A stretch of DNA of 64,000 nt from Candidatus Omnitrophota bacterium (GTDB lineage Bacteria; Omnitrophota; Gorgyraeia; 2-02-FULL-51-18): positions 9,417 through 73,416 of the forward strand of contig JAHFFN010000001.1 in assembly GCA_023247915.1 (NCBI GenBank). The letters run 5' to 3'. A model generated the notes under the pieces. That model was not told the origin of the DNA. It was given only the letters and a program-made list of their open reading frames with translations, and did no database searches. Position 1 is the stretch's first letter; each line of letters starts with the position of its first letter. Below, one piece after another: positions 27,071 to 36,647 of the stretch. The position numbers and the translations under genes were made by a program.

Positions 27071-28302
27071 GGGACTACCCTAAATTCCGGAAGCGGCACG
27101 ATAAATTTTCCCCCTTGGGAACGCCACAGAGACTCTCTTTTGTAAAATTCATCCAAAAACGCGTAGGGCAACACCAAAAAATAGTCCGGATTGAAACGAC
27201 GCGCTTCTTCCTCCGAATAAATAGGAATGCGCGTGCCAACCGTTAATTTTCCCCATTTTTCGGGACTGCGGTCAGAAGCGCCTCCGATCAGTGACGCGTC
27301 CAAACCATAATATTGCAAAAGCGTATTTCCTTTGGTGGAGGCGCCATAAACCCAGACTTTTTTTCCTTTGGCGACTTCCGATTTGATGAAATCCACGCAT
27401 TTTTTCTTGTTGGATTCCATTTTTTCAAAAAATGCCCGGTGAGTTTCTTTCCGGTCTAATCCCTTCTCCTCCTCAAAAAGACGCTTCACCCGCACGTTTT
27501 GAGAGGCTGTCGGCTTCATCTTTCCCTCCTGAAGCGCCGCGTAGATCCGGTAACTGCCGCCATTGACTTCATTGCGTGTCACATCCAAAATCTGAAGTCC
27601 GTTTTTTTTAAACAGATACTGCAAAGCCGAAAGTGAATAAAATTCCAAATGTTCGTGGCAAATATTGCCCACATCTCCGGTGTCAATCATATTTTTAAGA
27701 CACATGAGCTGTGCCACAAAAATACCGTCCTCACTCAAAGCCATCGCGGTGTCCCGGATAAAAAGGTTGGGATCTTCCATGTCATAAAACATGCCGATCG
27801 CCGTGATGACACGCGCCTTTTTTCCGATCCGTCGCTGGTAACTTTCAATATTCCAAAAATCGTCAATAAAATGGCTGAGACCTTGTTTGCCTTCTTCGGC
27901 AAGATTGGAAGCCGGCTCCACTCCCACGGTCACAAGACCGGGCACCGAATAAGTTCTTAAAAGCGTCCCGTCATTGGAGCCGATATCCAACACCACGTCG
28001 CCAGCCTTGAGCGGCAAAAAATTTTCAATTTCTTCTGTGATCTCTCTGAGCGCTTTTTTCATCGTATCAGTCACGCCGGATCGATACCAGTAAAAACGAG
28101 CGTAAAGAAGCTCTTGAGGAGCGGTGTGACGCAGTTGCACCAAGGAGCAATTTTCACACAAAATCATCTCTAGCGGAGCCGCGGGAACCTCCTCGCTGGT
28201 TTCCTTCACAAAATTTGAAATACACAAATTTCCCAGCGAATAAAGTTCCGTCAAACGTGAGGAGTCGCAAACACGGCAAGTCTTGCGTGTTAAAATTTCC
28301 AT
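27067..28302 (-). CDS. SAM-dependent C-methyltransferase-like protein with N-terminal zinc ribbon (TylCIII-type sugar C-methyltransferase architecture)
   Basis: CRVCDS...CENCSLVQL zinc-binding N-terminus, a class I MT motif (VVLDIGSNDGTLL) and a C-terminal C-MT domain. The start is probably MEILTRK (around 28302) rather than the ORF-track start at 28359. Confidence 0.6.
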   Translation of the reverse strand: MEILTRKTCRVCDSSRLTELYSLGNLCISNFVKETSEEVPAAPLEMILCENCSLVQLRHTAPQELLYARFYWYRSGVTDTMKKALREITEEIENFLPLKAGDVVLDIGSNDGTLLRTYSVPGLVTVGVEPASNLAEEGKQGLSHFIDDFWNIESYQRRIGKKARVITAIGMFYDMEDPNLFIRDTAMALSEDGIFVAQLMCLKNMIDTGDVGNICHEHLEFYSLSALQYLFKKNGLQILDVTRNEVNGGSYRIYAALQEGKMKPTASQNVRVKRLFEEEKGLDRKETHRAFFEKMESNKKKCVDFIKSEVAKGKKVWVYGASTKGNTLLQYYGLDASLIGGASDRSPEKWGKLTVGTRIPIYSEEEARRFNPDYFLVLPYAFLDEFYKRESLWRSQGGKFIVPLPEFRVVP

Positions 28303-29006
28303 CGTGTCCACAAAACTCTCCCGGTGTAGTTTAAACTCAACTGAAAAAACCGTAACCAATTGCCGTCCGTTTTCGAAACGCCGCTTTTTCGGTATCCATA
28401 ACTGTACCCCACTTCAATGATTTTTAGATCCCTTTGATGGGCACGGTAAACCCACTCGATAAAATACTCCCCAAATCCCTGATCCGACAAAGGGAGCGCC
28501 ACAAGAGCCTGGCGACGCGCCGCGGCAAAGCCAGAGGTCCAATCCCTAAAATAATTCCCCAAAATAAACCGGGCATAATCATTAAACAATCGGCTTAAAA
28601 AAGCTCTAAATTTTGACCGGCGATCCTCCCCTCCGGGAACATAACGCGAACCAATCGCGATATCGTATTCGTCCAAACGCTCGACGAGTCGCAACATATC
28701 TTCGGGCGAAATCCCCAAATCACAGTCCAACCAAACCACAATTTCGCCTTGAGCCAGTCGTGTACCTTCCGACAAGGCGGACGCGAGACCTCGGCGATTC
28801 AAACGCCGGATCAAACGGCATCGCGACTCCTTCAAACGTTCCACCACTTCCCAAGTGCGATCCGGGCTGTCATCGTCCACCACGATGATTTCTAGAAGCG
28901 ACGATCCTAATGCCGAAATAATTCGCCGGATCGCCTCCGCGATGTTTTCCCTCTCATTATAGGAAGGCATCACCACGGAAACGCTTTCGCGTTTTAATTC
29001 GGTCAC
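28290..29006 (-). CDS. GT2 polyprenyl-phosphate sugar synthase-like glycosyltransferase
   Basis: 238 aa. VVMPSYNEREN, VVDDDSPDRTWE, WLDCDLG. Confidence 0.7.
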   Translation of the reverse strand: MTELKRESVSVVMPSYNERENIAEAIRRIISALGSSLLEIIVVDDDSPDRTWEVVERLKESRCRLIRRLNRRGLASALSEGTRLAQGEIVVWLDCDLGISPEDMLRLVERLDEYDIAIGSRYVPGGEDRRSKFRAFLSRLFNDYARFILGNYFRDWTSGFAAARRQALVALPLSDQGFGEYFIEWVYRAHQRDLKIIEVGYSYGYRKSGVSKTDGNWLRFFQLSLNYTGRVLWTRWKF

Positions 29007-29767
29007 GCTTTCTGCCCTATCACAATGGCGTGCGTAAAAGCATCTCCGGAACCGAAAGAATACTCTAAAAGCTTAAACCCTGAGTTCTCTAAAAGACGGA
29101 GTGCGTGTTTTTTTGAGTGAAGGTGCGTAAATTCTGTCGGGCAAAGCTCGATATTTTTCTTAAGAAGTGTATTGCAAAAAAAGTGGATGACTTTAAAAGC
29201 CGCGACACTCAAACCATATTCCGGCGGCCAAAACAAAACAATTTTTCCTTGAGGCTTCAACACCCGATGAAACTCATGAAGTATCACATGAATGTCTTTC
29301 TCAAAAAAATGCTCCATCACTCCCAAATTATAGACGCCGTCAAAAGACTCTTTTTGAAAGGGCAATTCCAAAATACTCCCCCGCGCCGTACGAGCCAACT
29401 CCCCATGAAGCGCCCGGTAACGTTCCAGCGCCGGCAGTGAAATATCCAATGCCGTGATTTTCATTTTTTTGACCAGATCCACATCCACTTGTCCGGCGCC
29501 GCAACCGGCATGCAAAAGTTCCGAGGAATCGGGGAAATATTTTAAAACAAATCCGTTCAGGGAACGTTTAATGATGTGGGTGCGGTAAAAAGAGGCGATG
29601 CTGTCATACAGACGGCGGCGATGATTTGCTTGATTGAGCCAATACTCGTCCCAACCTTCTTGCTCTTTGGATAAAAGGAGGTCATTCATCGAGCTCAGTT
29701 TATACAAAGCGATGGGTCTTTTCCACGATTTATTGTATGATAAATCCATGTCAGCAAACTTTGCCAA
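29003..29767 (-). CDS. Class I SAM-dependent methyltransferase
   Basis: 254 aa. LHAGCGAGQVD motif I, with downstream motif II/III spacing. Confidence 0.6.
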   Translation of the reverse strand: MAKFADMDLSYNKSWKRPIALYKLSSMNDLLLSKEQEGWDEYWLNQANHRRRLYDSIASFYRTHIIKRSLNGFVLKYFPDSSELLHAGCGAGQVDVDLVKKMKITALDISLPALERYRALHGELARTARGSILELPFQKESFDGVYNLGVMEHFFEKDIHVILHEFHRVLKPQGKIVLFWPPEYGLSVAAFKVIHFFCNTLLKKNIELCPTEFTHLHSKKHALRLLENSGFKLLEYSFGSGDAFTHAIVIGQKA

Positions 29768-31547
29768 AGGGATTACTTGGGACTTGTCCGATCTTTACGC
29801 GTCCATTCAAGACGCTAAAATCGAATCTGATTTGAAGGTCGCCGAAGAAAAAGCGCGCGCTTTCGAAAAAAAATACAAACCTCTTTTCGAAAAATCACCG
29901 AACGGCTCTTTCCCTCTGGCGGATCTCATGAAAGATTACAAAGAAATCGCCGTCTTGACGACAAAACCGGCGGTATTCACTCATCTGTCTTTCGCTGGAA
30001 AAACCAATGACGCGGCAATCGCGGCTTTCATGCAAAAAACACAGGTGCGCCTGACGGATATCTCGTCGCATCTGGTATTTTTCGAAGTTTTCTGGAATAA
30101 ACTTCCCGCGGCACAAGCCAATCAGTGGATGAGCGATGCTTCCGTCAAAGCGGATCGTCATTTTCTGGAACGCATGCGCGCCTACGCCCCGCACACCTTG
30201 GCCGAGGGTGAGGAAAAAATCATGGCCATCAAATCCAATACCTCCGGCAGCGCTTTCTCACGGCTTTTTGATGAAATCATGAACAGTATCCCTTTTTATC
30301 TAGACATCCAAGGCACTCGCGTCAAAAAAACAGAGGGAGAGGTTCTTTCCCTGCTTCATTCCACCGATCGCACCGAAAGAAAAAAAGCTTCGGACAGTCT
30401 TGCCGAAGGCCTGGGCGCCAACACGCATCTTTTGACTTATATTTTTAATATGATTTTGGCGGATCACCGATCCTCGATGAAAATCCGGAATTACAAACAC
30501 CCGATGGATTCCCGCAATCTGGCGAATGAAACAGACCTTCCCAGTATCACGACTCTGATCGACAGCGTCAAAAAAGCTTACCCACTTGTCGCCCGCTACT
30601 ATCGCCTCAAGAAAAAACTGCTAGGACTCGAGACGCTTTACGATTATGACCGCTATGCCTCGATTAATTCTGAAGAAAATCAAGTGCCCTTCGAAGAATG
30701 CCAAAAAATCGTTCTTTCGGGTTACCGCGCGTTTTCCCCAGAAGCCGCTGAGATCGCCGAACAATTTTTCTCCAAGCGCTGGATCGACGCCGAAGTCCGT
30801 GAAGGCAAACAAGGCGGCGGTTTTTGCTGTGAAACAACGCCCGATCTTCACCCTTATGTTTTGGTCAATTACACCGGCAGTCTTCGGGATGTCATGACCG
30901 TCGCCCACGAGCTTGGCCACGGCATCCACCAGTATTTGTCCCGCAAAGCGGGTATTCTGGAGTCCGGCGCGCCGCTGACCATGGCCGAAACCGCCTCCGT
31001 CTTCGGAGAAATGCTGATTTTCGAGAAAATTCTTGAAAATGAAAAAGACCCCAAAAAGCGTCTCAGTCTGCTCTGTGGAAAAATCGATGACAATTTTGCG
31101 ACTGTGTACAGGCAAATCGCCATGACGGATTTTGAACTCCTATCGCATGAAGCGGGGCTGGCCGAGGGCGAACTCTCAAGCGAGCGTCTTAGCGACTTGT
31201 GGGTAGAGGCCAATCGGAGGATGTACGGCGACAGCGTGACATTGACGGACAATTATCGCCATGGCTGGAAATATATCCCCCACTTCATCCATTCGCCTTT
31301 TTATTGCTATGCCTATGCCTATGCGCAACTTTTTGTGTTATGTTTATATCAGACGTACAAAGCGGATAAAAAGGGCTTCGTTCCCAAGTACTTCGAAATG
31401 CTGTCCCTGGGAGGCTCCCGGAGCCCTGAGGATATCGCCAAGATCGCCGGACTTGATCTAAAAAGCCCCGGCTTCTGGCAGGCGGGCTTAAAACTGCTGG
31501 AAGAGCTCGTGGGGCAAGCGGAACAAATAGCGGAGAAACTCTCATGA
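29745..31547 (+). CDS. pepF: Oligoendopeptidase F (M3B family)
   Basis: HELGHGIHQ zinc motif and M3 family length. The start is probably MSANFAKGITWDLSDLY (29745), which avoids a 134-nt overlap with the upstream minus-strand gene. Confidence 0.8.
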   Translation, partial: SMSANFAKGITWDLSDLYASIQDAKIESDLKVAEEKARAFEKKYKPLFEKSPNGSFPLADLMKDYKEIAVLTTKPAVFTHLSFAGKTNDAAIAAFMQKTQVRLTDISSHLVFFEVFWNKLPAAQANQWMSDASVKADRHFLERMRAYAPHTLAEGEEKIMAIKSNTSGSAFSRLFDEIMNSIPFYLDIQGTRVKKTEGEVLSLLHSTDRTERKKASDSLAEGLGANTHLLTYIFNMILADHRSSMKIRNYKHPMDSRNLANETDLPSITTLIDSVKKAYPLVARYYRLKKKLLGLETLYDYDRYASINSEENQVPFEECQKIVLSGYRAFSPEAAEIAEQFFSKRWIDAEVREGKQGGGFCCETTPDLHPYVLVNYTGSLRDVMTVAHELGHGIHQYLSRKAGILESGAPLTMAETASVFGEMLIFEKILENEKDPKKRLSLLCGKIDDNFATVYRQIAMTDFELLSHEAGLAEGELSSERLSDLWVEANRRMYGDSVTLTDNYRHGWKYIPHFIHSPFYCYAYAYAQLFVLCLYQTYKADKKGFVPKYFEMLSLGGSRSPEDIAKIAGLDLKSPGFWQAGLKLLEELVGQAEQIAEKLS

Positions 31548-32188
31548 AAAATTTGCGATCCAAATGGCTGGTTCTTTCCGCGCTCCTTTTACTGTCTTCC
31601 GCTGTTTTCGCCGAAGAAGCTAAAACCATTTTTTATAACTTCGAAGGCCGCGTCACTTTGATGAGATACGGAAAAGGAACGCCGGCCAACTTTGACCTTC
31701 CGTTTCAAACGGGTGATATTTTTAAGATTGATACGGACAGTTTTCTGGACATCACCATGCATTATCTGGCCGCCGTAAAATTTGAAGCTTTGAGCGAATG
31801 CCGGGTTGTCAACGCCTCTGAAAGCGAAATGCACTTGGATTTAAAAAAAGGCATGGCTAAAGCCAATGTCAAAGGCCTGCCCACAGGCACGCGTTTCTTT
31901 TTGGAAACTCCTCTAGGAATCGCGAAGGTGCGCGAGCTGACTCCTTCTCAGCTGGCAGTGTGGATCTCCAAGGACAAGGATGGGAAAATGGTTTGCTCTT
32001 TCGCTTCCAAAAAAGGAACCTTGGATATTCAAGCCAAAACCTCTTCCTCTACCATGGTCATCTATGAAAGCCAAATCATTGAAATCCACGAGGATGGTTT
32101 TGTTTCTGCGCCACGGCAGGTGAATGAAGAAGAAGAAAAAATTACCGACAAAATTTCCTCGGTTTACATCGCTCCTAAACCAGACTGA
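31544..32188 (+). CDS. Secreted hypothetical protein
   Basis: 214 aa with signal peptide MKNLRSKWLVLSALLLLSSAVFA. No recognised domain. Confidence 0.4.
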   Translation: MKNLRSKWLVLSALLLLSSAVFAEEAKTIFYNFEGRVTLMRYGKGTPANFDLPFQTGDIFKIDTDSFLDITMHYLAAVKFEALSECRVVNASESEMHLDLKKGMAKANVKGLPTGTRFFLETPLGIAKVRELTPSQLAVWISKDKDGKMVCSFASKKGTLDIQAKTSSSTMVIYESQIIEIHEDGFVSAPRQVNEEEEKITDKISSVYIAPKPD

Positions 32189-33261
32189 TTTTTCTCGAAT
32201 TTTTTAAGCGCCTCCGCGACTACTCGATGACCCGCCGGAGTTAAATGGCCGTCATTTGTCCAAAACAGTCGCTCTCCTTCTCGCGCCGCTTTGCGGAAAG
32301 CGGGTCTCAAATCAATACTCTCTATGGCCTCTTCCCTGAATTTCTGAAGAATGCCATCATAAATGGTGTCATACAGAGGGCTGTAGATTTTGTGATACTC
32401 CTTGTCTGTTATCTGTCTAGATTCTTTCAAAATGGGAGGATAAATCTGCTCTTTAAACGGCATGAGAATCACAACAAATCGTGATCCCATGCTTTTACTT
32501 GTCCTCTGCCCCTCACGGATGAGCTTCAAGATATTTTCTCTGCCCTCTTTGGACGAAGCCACTCGTATTTGAGGAATCCAGTACGGCGTTTCCGCAAAAT
32601 TAAACGAGTAATCCTTATTTTTGAAAAAAATGGACTCCGTCACATTTCCGGTCGTGTTCAACACTTGGCCAAAAGTTAAAAAGCGTTTGAGGCAATGATA
32701 CAACACGCTGTGTTCTAAAATTTTTTCACGGTAGTGGCGAAATAAAAGATGCGGATGATGCGCAATCTCTTCGTCCCAATAATACAGACGCCCCTGATCG
32801 CCGCGAACATAGGATTGAGATTCATTCATGTCATTGGCAAAAACACTGTAAAAAATAATCTTGGGTGGCTTCCGTGAATGAATTGAGATCATTTTAATCA
32901 TCTCGTTGTAAATGCAAGGGCTCGCCGAAATAACACCGAGATTCAAAACACGCAAACCCAACGACTCTTGCAAACGCGCAGGAAATGTCTCCGACTCCGT
33001 GACCAAAGGGCCAAAAACCATCGAATCGCCTATGACAGCAATATCGCCGCCTTCTTCGATTTCTTTTTTTCTAAAAATCATGGTTTTGCCTTCGGCGACA
33101 CGCAAGCCGCTGCGGGCTCCCAAAGCGGATTCTTCTTTGACAAAAGCCTTCATGGTAGGACTGATAAACGATCCAAAGAGACGCAAAGAAAATTCCGCGC
33201 TTAAGAAACCGAGCGCGACACCAAAAACAATCAGAAGAATTTTAGGAAAAACGTTTTTCAA
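32164..33261 (-). CDS. SGNH/GDSL-fold AlgX/AlgJ-like protein (third paralogue)
   Basis: IAVIGDSMVFG, VFANDMNE, TNDGHLTPAGH. The likely start is TTG at 33261 (MKNVFPKILLIVFG signal peptide), which abuts the crcB stop. The ORF-track start at 33426 overlaps crcB. Confidence 0.5.
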   Translation of the reverse strand: MKNVFPKILLIVFGVALGFLSAEFSLRLFGSFISPTMKAFVKEESALGARSGLRVAEGKTMIFRKKEIEEGGDIAVIGDSMVFGPLVTESETFPARLQESLGLRVLNLGVISASPCIYNEMIKMISIHSRKPPKIIFYSVFANDMNESQSYVRGDQGRLYYWDEEIAHHPHLLFRHYREKILEHSVLYHCLKRFLTFGQVLNTTGNVTESIFFKNKDYSFNFAETPYWIPQIRVASSKEGRENILKLIREGQRTSKSMGSRFVVILMPFKEQIYPPILKESRQITDKEYHKIYSPLYDTIYDGILQKFREEAIESIDLRPAFRKAAREGERLFWTNDGHLTPAGHRVVAEALKKFEKNQSGLGAM

Positions 33262-33644
33262 AAGCTTGAGAAAACAATGCGCGCCAGAAAAGCGCCAAAA
33301 CGAAAAAGAAATAAACCCGCGATCACGCTCACACTGACATTCAAAACCGCTTTCCAGATCGCCGCGTCCCTCAAAAGATTGGAAGTCTCCAAAGTAAAAG
33401 CGGAAAAAGTAGTGAACGCGCCGCAAAAACCCACCATCAAAAGAAGCCTCGCGTTAGACCCCATCGCCATTTTCCCCTCAGGAATTGCCGAAAGGAAACC
33501 GATTAAAAAGCATCCTACCAAGTTAACAGCCAGAGTCCCGTAAGGAAATGCCGCGCCGCAAAACCTCTGGATAGAACCCCCCATGTAATACCGCGTCAAA
33601 CCACCAGCGATACTGCCCGCAACCAAACTCAGGATTTTTGTCAT
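33258..33644 (-). CDS. crcB: Fluoride ion channel CrcB/FluC
   Basis: 128 aa with 4 TM segments, FPYGTLAVNLVGCFLIGF and GFCGAFTTFSAF motifs. Confidence 0.8.
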   Translation of the reverse strand: MTKILSLVAGSIAGGLTRYYMGGSIQRFCGAAFPYGTLAVNLVGCFLIGFLSAIPEGKMAMGSNARLLLMVGFCGAFTTFSAFTLETSNLLRDAAIWKAVLNVSVSVIAGLFLFRFGAFLARIVFSSF

Positions 33645-33648
33645 AGGT

Positions 33649-34806
33649 TTAAGCCACCTTTTCTAGTTCTTGTTGTATCCTTTTTTGAATCAATAAAAGT
33701 TGTGCCGGATTGAAATCTTTTTGAATGTTTTTGATCAGGGATTCCTCCACCCCTTTAAGGGAGGGTCTCTCCGGATCCCCACTAATCGTAAAATTAAAAA
33801 TAAGTTTAGGATGGCGATTAAGCGTTGTCAAAAAAATCTGGCTTTCCGGACTCCAATCGGTGGTGGATTTTATTTTATGCGCTTCTATTTTTAAGCGATT
33901 TTTAGAATCCAAGTTTTCGGGACTAAGCCGCGAATCGGATTGAAGCGAGAGAAAACCTCTCTCAAAATAAACAGGCACCGTGTTCCGGTAGAGAGGTCTT
34001 AACATTTTTAGATCCACTTGATTTAAATTCACCTGAAGATGGATTTGACCGCGTTTTCTAAAAAAACGTGCCTGGAAACGTCCTTCCTGTTCATTCTTAA
34101 AACCACCTCTCAAAAAAATAGCGTCTATCGAAGGAGCCCCCTCCTTACTCCATTCCAAGCCGCTCACCGATACATTAATATTATTGAAAAAAAGCGGTTT
34201 TGTTTGACGATCCGTCAGAATTAGCCGGCCTTTTTTGATCTCAAGCGTTCCAATCTCAAATAAAACAGATCGCGGGTGGAAAAAATAACCCCATTCCGGC
34301 AGAGGTTTTTCGGCTTGGCTATGACGCACATCGTATTTAAATCGCTCGTACAGATTAAAGAACCAGTCTTTGTGTTTGGATCCGTGGAAAGACTTCCCGG
34401 ATTCCGCACCCTTGGTGTATAAAATTTTTTCGACGTTGAGAATCCCCTTCTGATCCTTCACCACTTTCATTTCCGCCTGATCCAAAATCAACGAGGACAC
34501 ATAAAATTTACCTCGCAAAAGGGACAAAAGACTCATATTGGCTTTAACGCGCCTGCTATAAAGCACTCGAACCTTGGGGAACGCAGGATCAAAAACTTCC
34601 AGATTGTCGGCGGAAAACGCCAGAAAAAGCGGGTGAAAGCGAACATGCTCCAAGGTGATACGCGATTCAGCGCGGCGGCTGAGAACCGTCAGAATTTTTT
34701 GCGTTAGGGAGGGAGAAAGGCTTCTGGCGATAGCGGCGTCTCCCGCCAGAGCGACGCCGATAAATAAAATAACCCAATGAAAGGTTCGTAGGCGCGATTG
34801 TGACAT
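33649..34806 (-). CDS. Secreted/anchored hypothetical protein (DUF748/AsmA-like?)
   Basis: 385 aa with an N-terminal TM/signal segment. Family assignment is weak. Confidence 0.3.
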   Translation of the reverse strand: MSQSRLRTFHWVILFIGVALAGDAAIARSLSPSLTQKILTVLSRRAESRITLEHVRFHPLFLAFSADNLEVFDPAFPKVRVLYSRRVKANMSLLSLLRGKFYVSSLILDQAEMKVVKDQKGILNVEKILYTKGAESGKSFHGSKHKDWFFNLYERFKYDVRHSQAEKPLPEWGYFFHPRSVLFEIGTLEIKKGRLILTDRQTKPLFFNNINVSVSGLEWSKEGAPSIDAIFLRGGFKNEQEGRFQARFFRKRGQIHLQVNLNQVDLKMLRPLYRNTVPVYFERGFLSLQSDSRLSPENLDSKNRLKIEAHKIKSTTDWSPESQIFLTTLNRHPKLIFNFTISGDPERPSLKGVEESLIKNIQKDFNPAQLLLIQKRIQQELEKVA

Positions 34807-34877
34807 AGCTATTATTTTACATGATTATACTTGGGGATAAAAATTAAAACTGCCTCTAAAAATGTTTTAATATTTTT

Positions 34878-35612
34878 ATGAATCGGTTATCCTATTTCTT
34901 GATGACCTCTAAACTGCTCCCTAGCCTCAGCATTTTCTTTCCGGCCTACTATGATGAAAATACCGTGGAAGCTCTTACGCGTTCAAGTATCGAAATCGCT
35001 AAAAGACTGACGGATGACTATGAGATCATCATCGTGGACGATAAAAGCCCCGACAAAACCGGCGCGATTGCCGACCGCTTAGCCAAAGAAATCAAAGAAG
35101 TGCGTGTGGTGCATCACCTCGAAAACAAGGGCATCGGTCAAGCCATGATCAGCGGGTACAAACATGCTTCGAAGGAGTGGGTTTTTTACACGGATGGCGA
35201 CGCCCAATACGATGTCTCAGAACTGCCGCTTTTTGCGGAACACACCAAAGATTTTGACATTCTCGTCGGCTACCGCTTAAAACGCGCCGAAGGACTTAAA
35301 CGTGTTTTCATCAGCCGTTGCTTTCACCTTCTCATTTTGAGTCTTTTTGGAATCCGGTTTAAAGACATTGATTGTAGTTTCAAATTAATCCATCGTCGCT
35401 TCCTAGACAAAATCTCTTTTTACACGCATAGCGGTCTTGTGGATGCTGAGATCCTTATTCAGGCCAGACTTTTAAAATTTCCCGTGAAAGAAATAGGCGT
35501 TCACCATTACCCAAGAAGATTTGGAAGCTCTCACTGTCTGAAACCAAGACTTATCCTTTCGATGCTTGTCGATACGTTTAAACTTCGTTTCAAACTTTGG
35601 AAAATCACGTGA
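34878..35612 (+). CDS. GT2 polyprenyl-phosphate sugar synthase-like glycosyltransferase
   Basis: IIVDDKSPDKTG, YTDGDAQYD (DxD). Confidence 0.7.
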   Translation: MNRLSYFLMTSKLLPSLSIFFPAYYDENTVEALTRSSIEIAKRLTDDYEIIIVDDKSPDKTGAIADRLAKEIKEVRVVHHLENKGIGQAMISGYKHASKEWVFYTDGDAQYDVSELPLFAEHTKDFDILVGYRLKRAEGLKRVFISRCFHLLILSLFGIRFKDIDCSFKLIHRRFLDKISFYTHSGLVDAEILIQARLLKFPVKEIGVHHYPRRFGSSHCLKPRLILSMLVDTFKLRFKLWKIT

Positions 35613-36493
35613 TTTTAGTTACCGGCGCCACCGGTTTTATCGGATCGTATCTGATGCCCCGTCTTGCCTCCTTTTCTAAAGTTCGTTGTTTGGTACGACC
35701 TCCGTCCATCCCTTCATTAAAAAAGAACGCCTCCGTCGAAATTATTCCTTATGATTTTTTATCGCCGGATTCTCTGGATCGGGCTCTTGAAGGGGTGCAT
35801 TGTGTGATTCATATGGCCGCTCTTTTAAGAAAAAAATCTCCCGATGAAATTCGAAAAGTAAATGTCGAGGGAACACAACGACTCCTAGACGCTGCACGAA
35901 ATCAGGGTGTCAGTCATTTTATTTTTACGAGCACCGAAAACGCTTTGCGTGAAAATCTCTCGGATGCTTATGCCCAAACAAAACGGGAGGCCGAAGTGAT
36001 TGTGCAAAGCTTTCCTAATCATTTGATTCTTCGCCCTTCTTTCGTTTATGGCCGTGGCGATACGCATGGCCTAGGACGCCTCTTATCTATTGCTGAAAAA
36101 TACCCGGTCGTTCCTCTCTTTGGCGGATTAAAACAAAAAATCCAACCGCTCTATATCGAAGACATGACGGAATACTTGCTACTCGCCGTTCAAAAAAATT
36201 TGAAAGGGGAATTTATTGTAGCGGGGTCAGAAACGGTAAACCTGAATGATTTTATGAAGAGAATGCTCCGAATACGCTCTTTAAAAAAAATGACACTCCC
36301 CATCCCTTATTTTATGTACGCCGCTTCCGCTATGGCCGGAGATTTATTTTTCAAATCCGGGGATTGGGGCAGCGCCCAACTTAAAAATATCTACCAAAGT
36401 AGAACCTATTCGATTGAGGAAACGATTCAAGCGTTTGGTTATACTCCGCGCAGTTTAGAGGCTGGGTTGAGGGGTTGGTTAGATAACAAATAA
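35597..36493 (+). CDS. NAD-dependent epimerase/dehydratase family protein
   Basis: ILVTGATGFIGSYL Rossmann motif, SDR-extended length. Confidence 0.75.
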   Translation: MENHVILVTGATGFIGSYLMPRLASFSKVRCLVRPPSIPSLKKNASVEIIPYDFLSPDSLDRALEGVHCVIHMAALLRKKSPDEIRKVNVEGTQRLLDAARNQGVSHFIFTSTENALRENLSDAYAQTKREAEVIVQSFPNHLILRPSFVYGRGDTHGLGRLLSIAEKYPVVPLFGGLKQKIQPLYIEDMTEYLLLAVQKNLKGEFIVAGSETVNLNDFMKRMLRIRSLKKMTLPIPYFMYAASAMAGDLFFKSGDWGSAQLKNIYQSRTYSIEETIQAFGYTPRSLEAGLRGWLDNK

Positions 36494-36498
36494 AATAT

Positions 36499-36636
36499 AG
36501 AGAGTGGGATTCGGCGCCCTACGCGCGTCACTTCGTTTGCCGCGCTTCGGGTCGGCCACTCGCGCGCCTGACGCGCCATATTGGCTGTCGTTTTTCTGCC
36601 TTTGTGGCAGCGGTGCGCTCCCTTCGAATCCCTATA
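36499..36636 (-). repeat. tRNA-linked structured element, copy B
   Basis: The core is about 85% identical to copy A. Its ends are AGAGAGTGGGATTCG and CCTTCGAATCCC, imperfect copies of the tRNA-Ser(GCT) 3' end. A hairpin with a 13-nt loop (TCACTTCGTTTGC) has stem GCGCG/CGCGC here and GTCGG/CCGAC in copy A, i.e. 3 compensatory pairs. Confidence 0.6.
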
Positions 36637-36647
36637 AACTGATTTTT

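Noticed and set aside
29634-29767. 134-nt overlap between pepF (ORF-track start 29634) and the methyltransferase gene
   Set aside because: It is resolved by using the internal start MSANFAKGITWDLSDLY (29745), which matches the usual PepF N-terminus. This is not a real long overlap.
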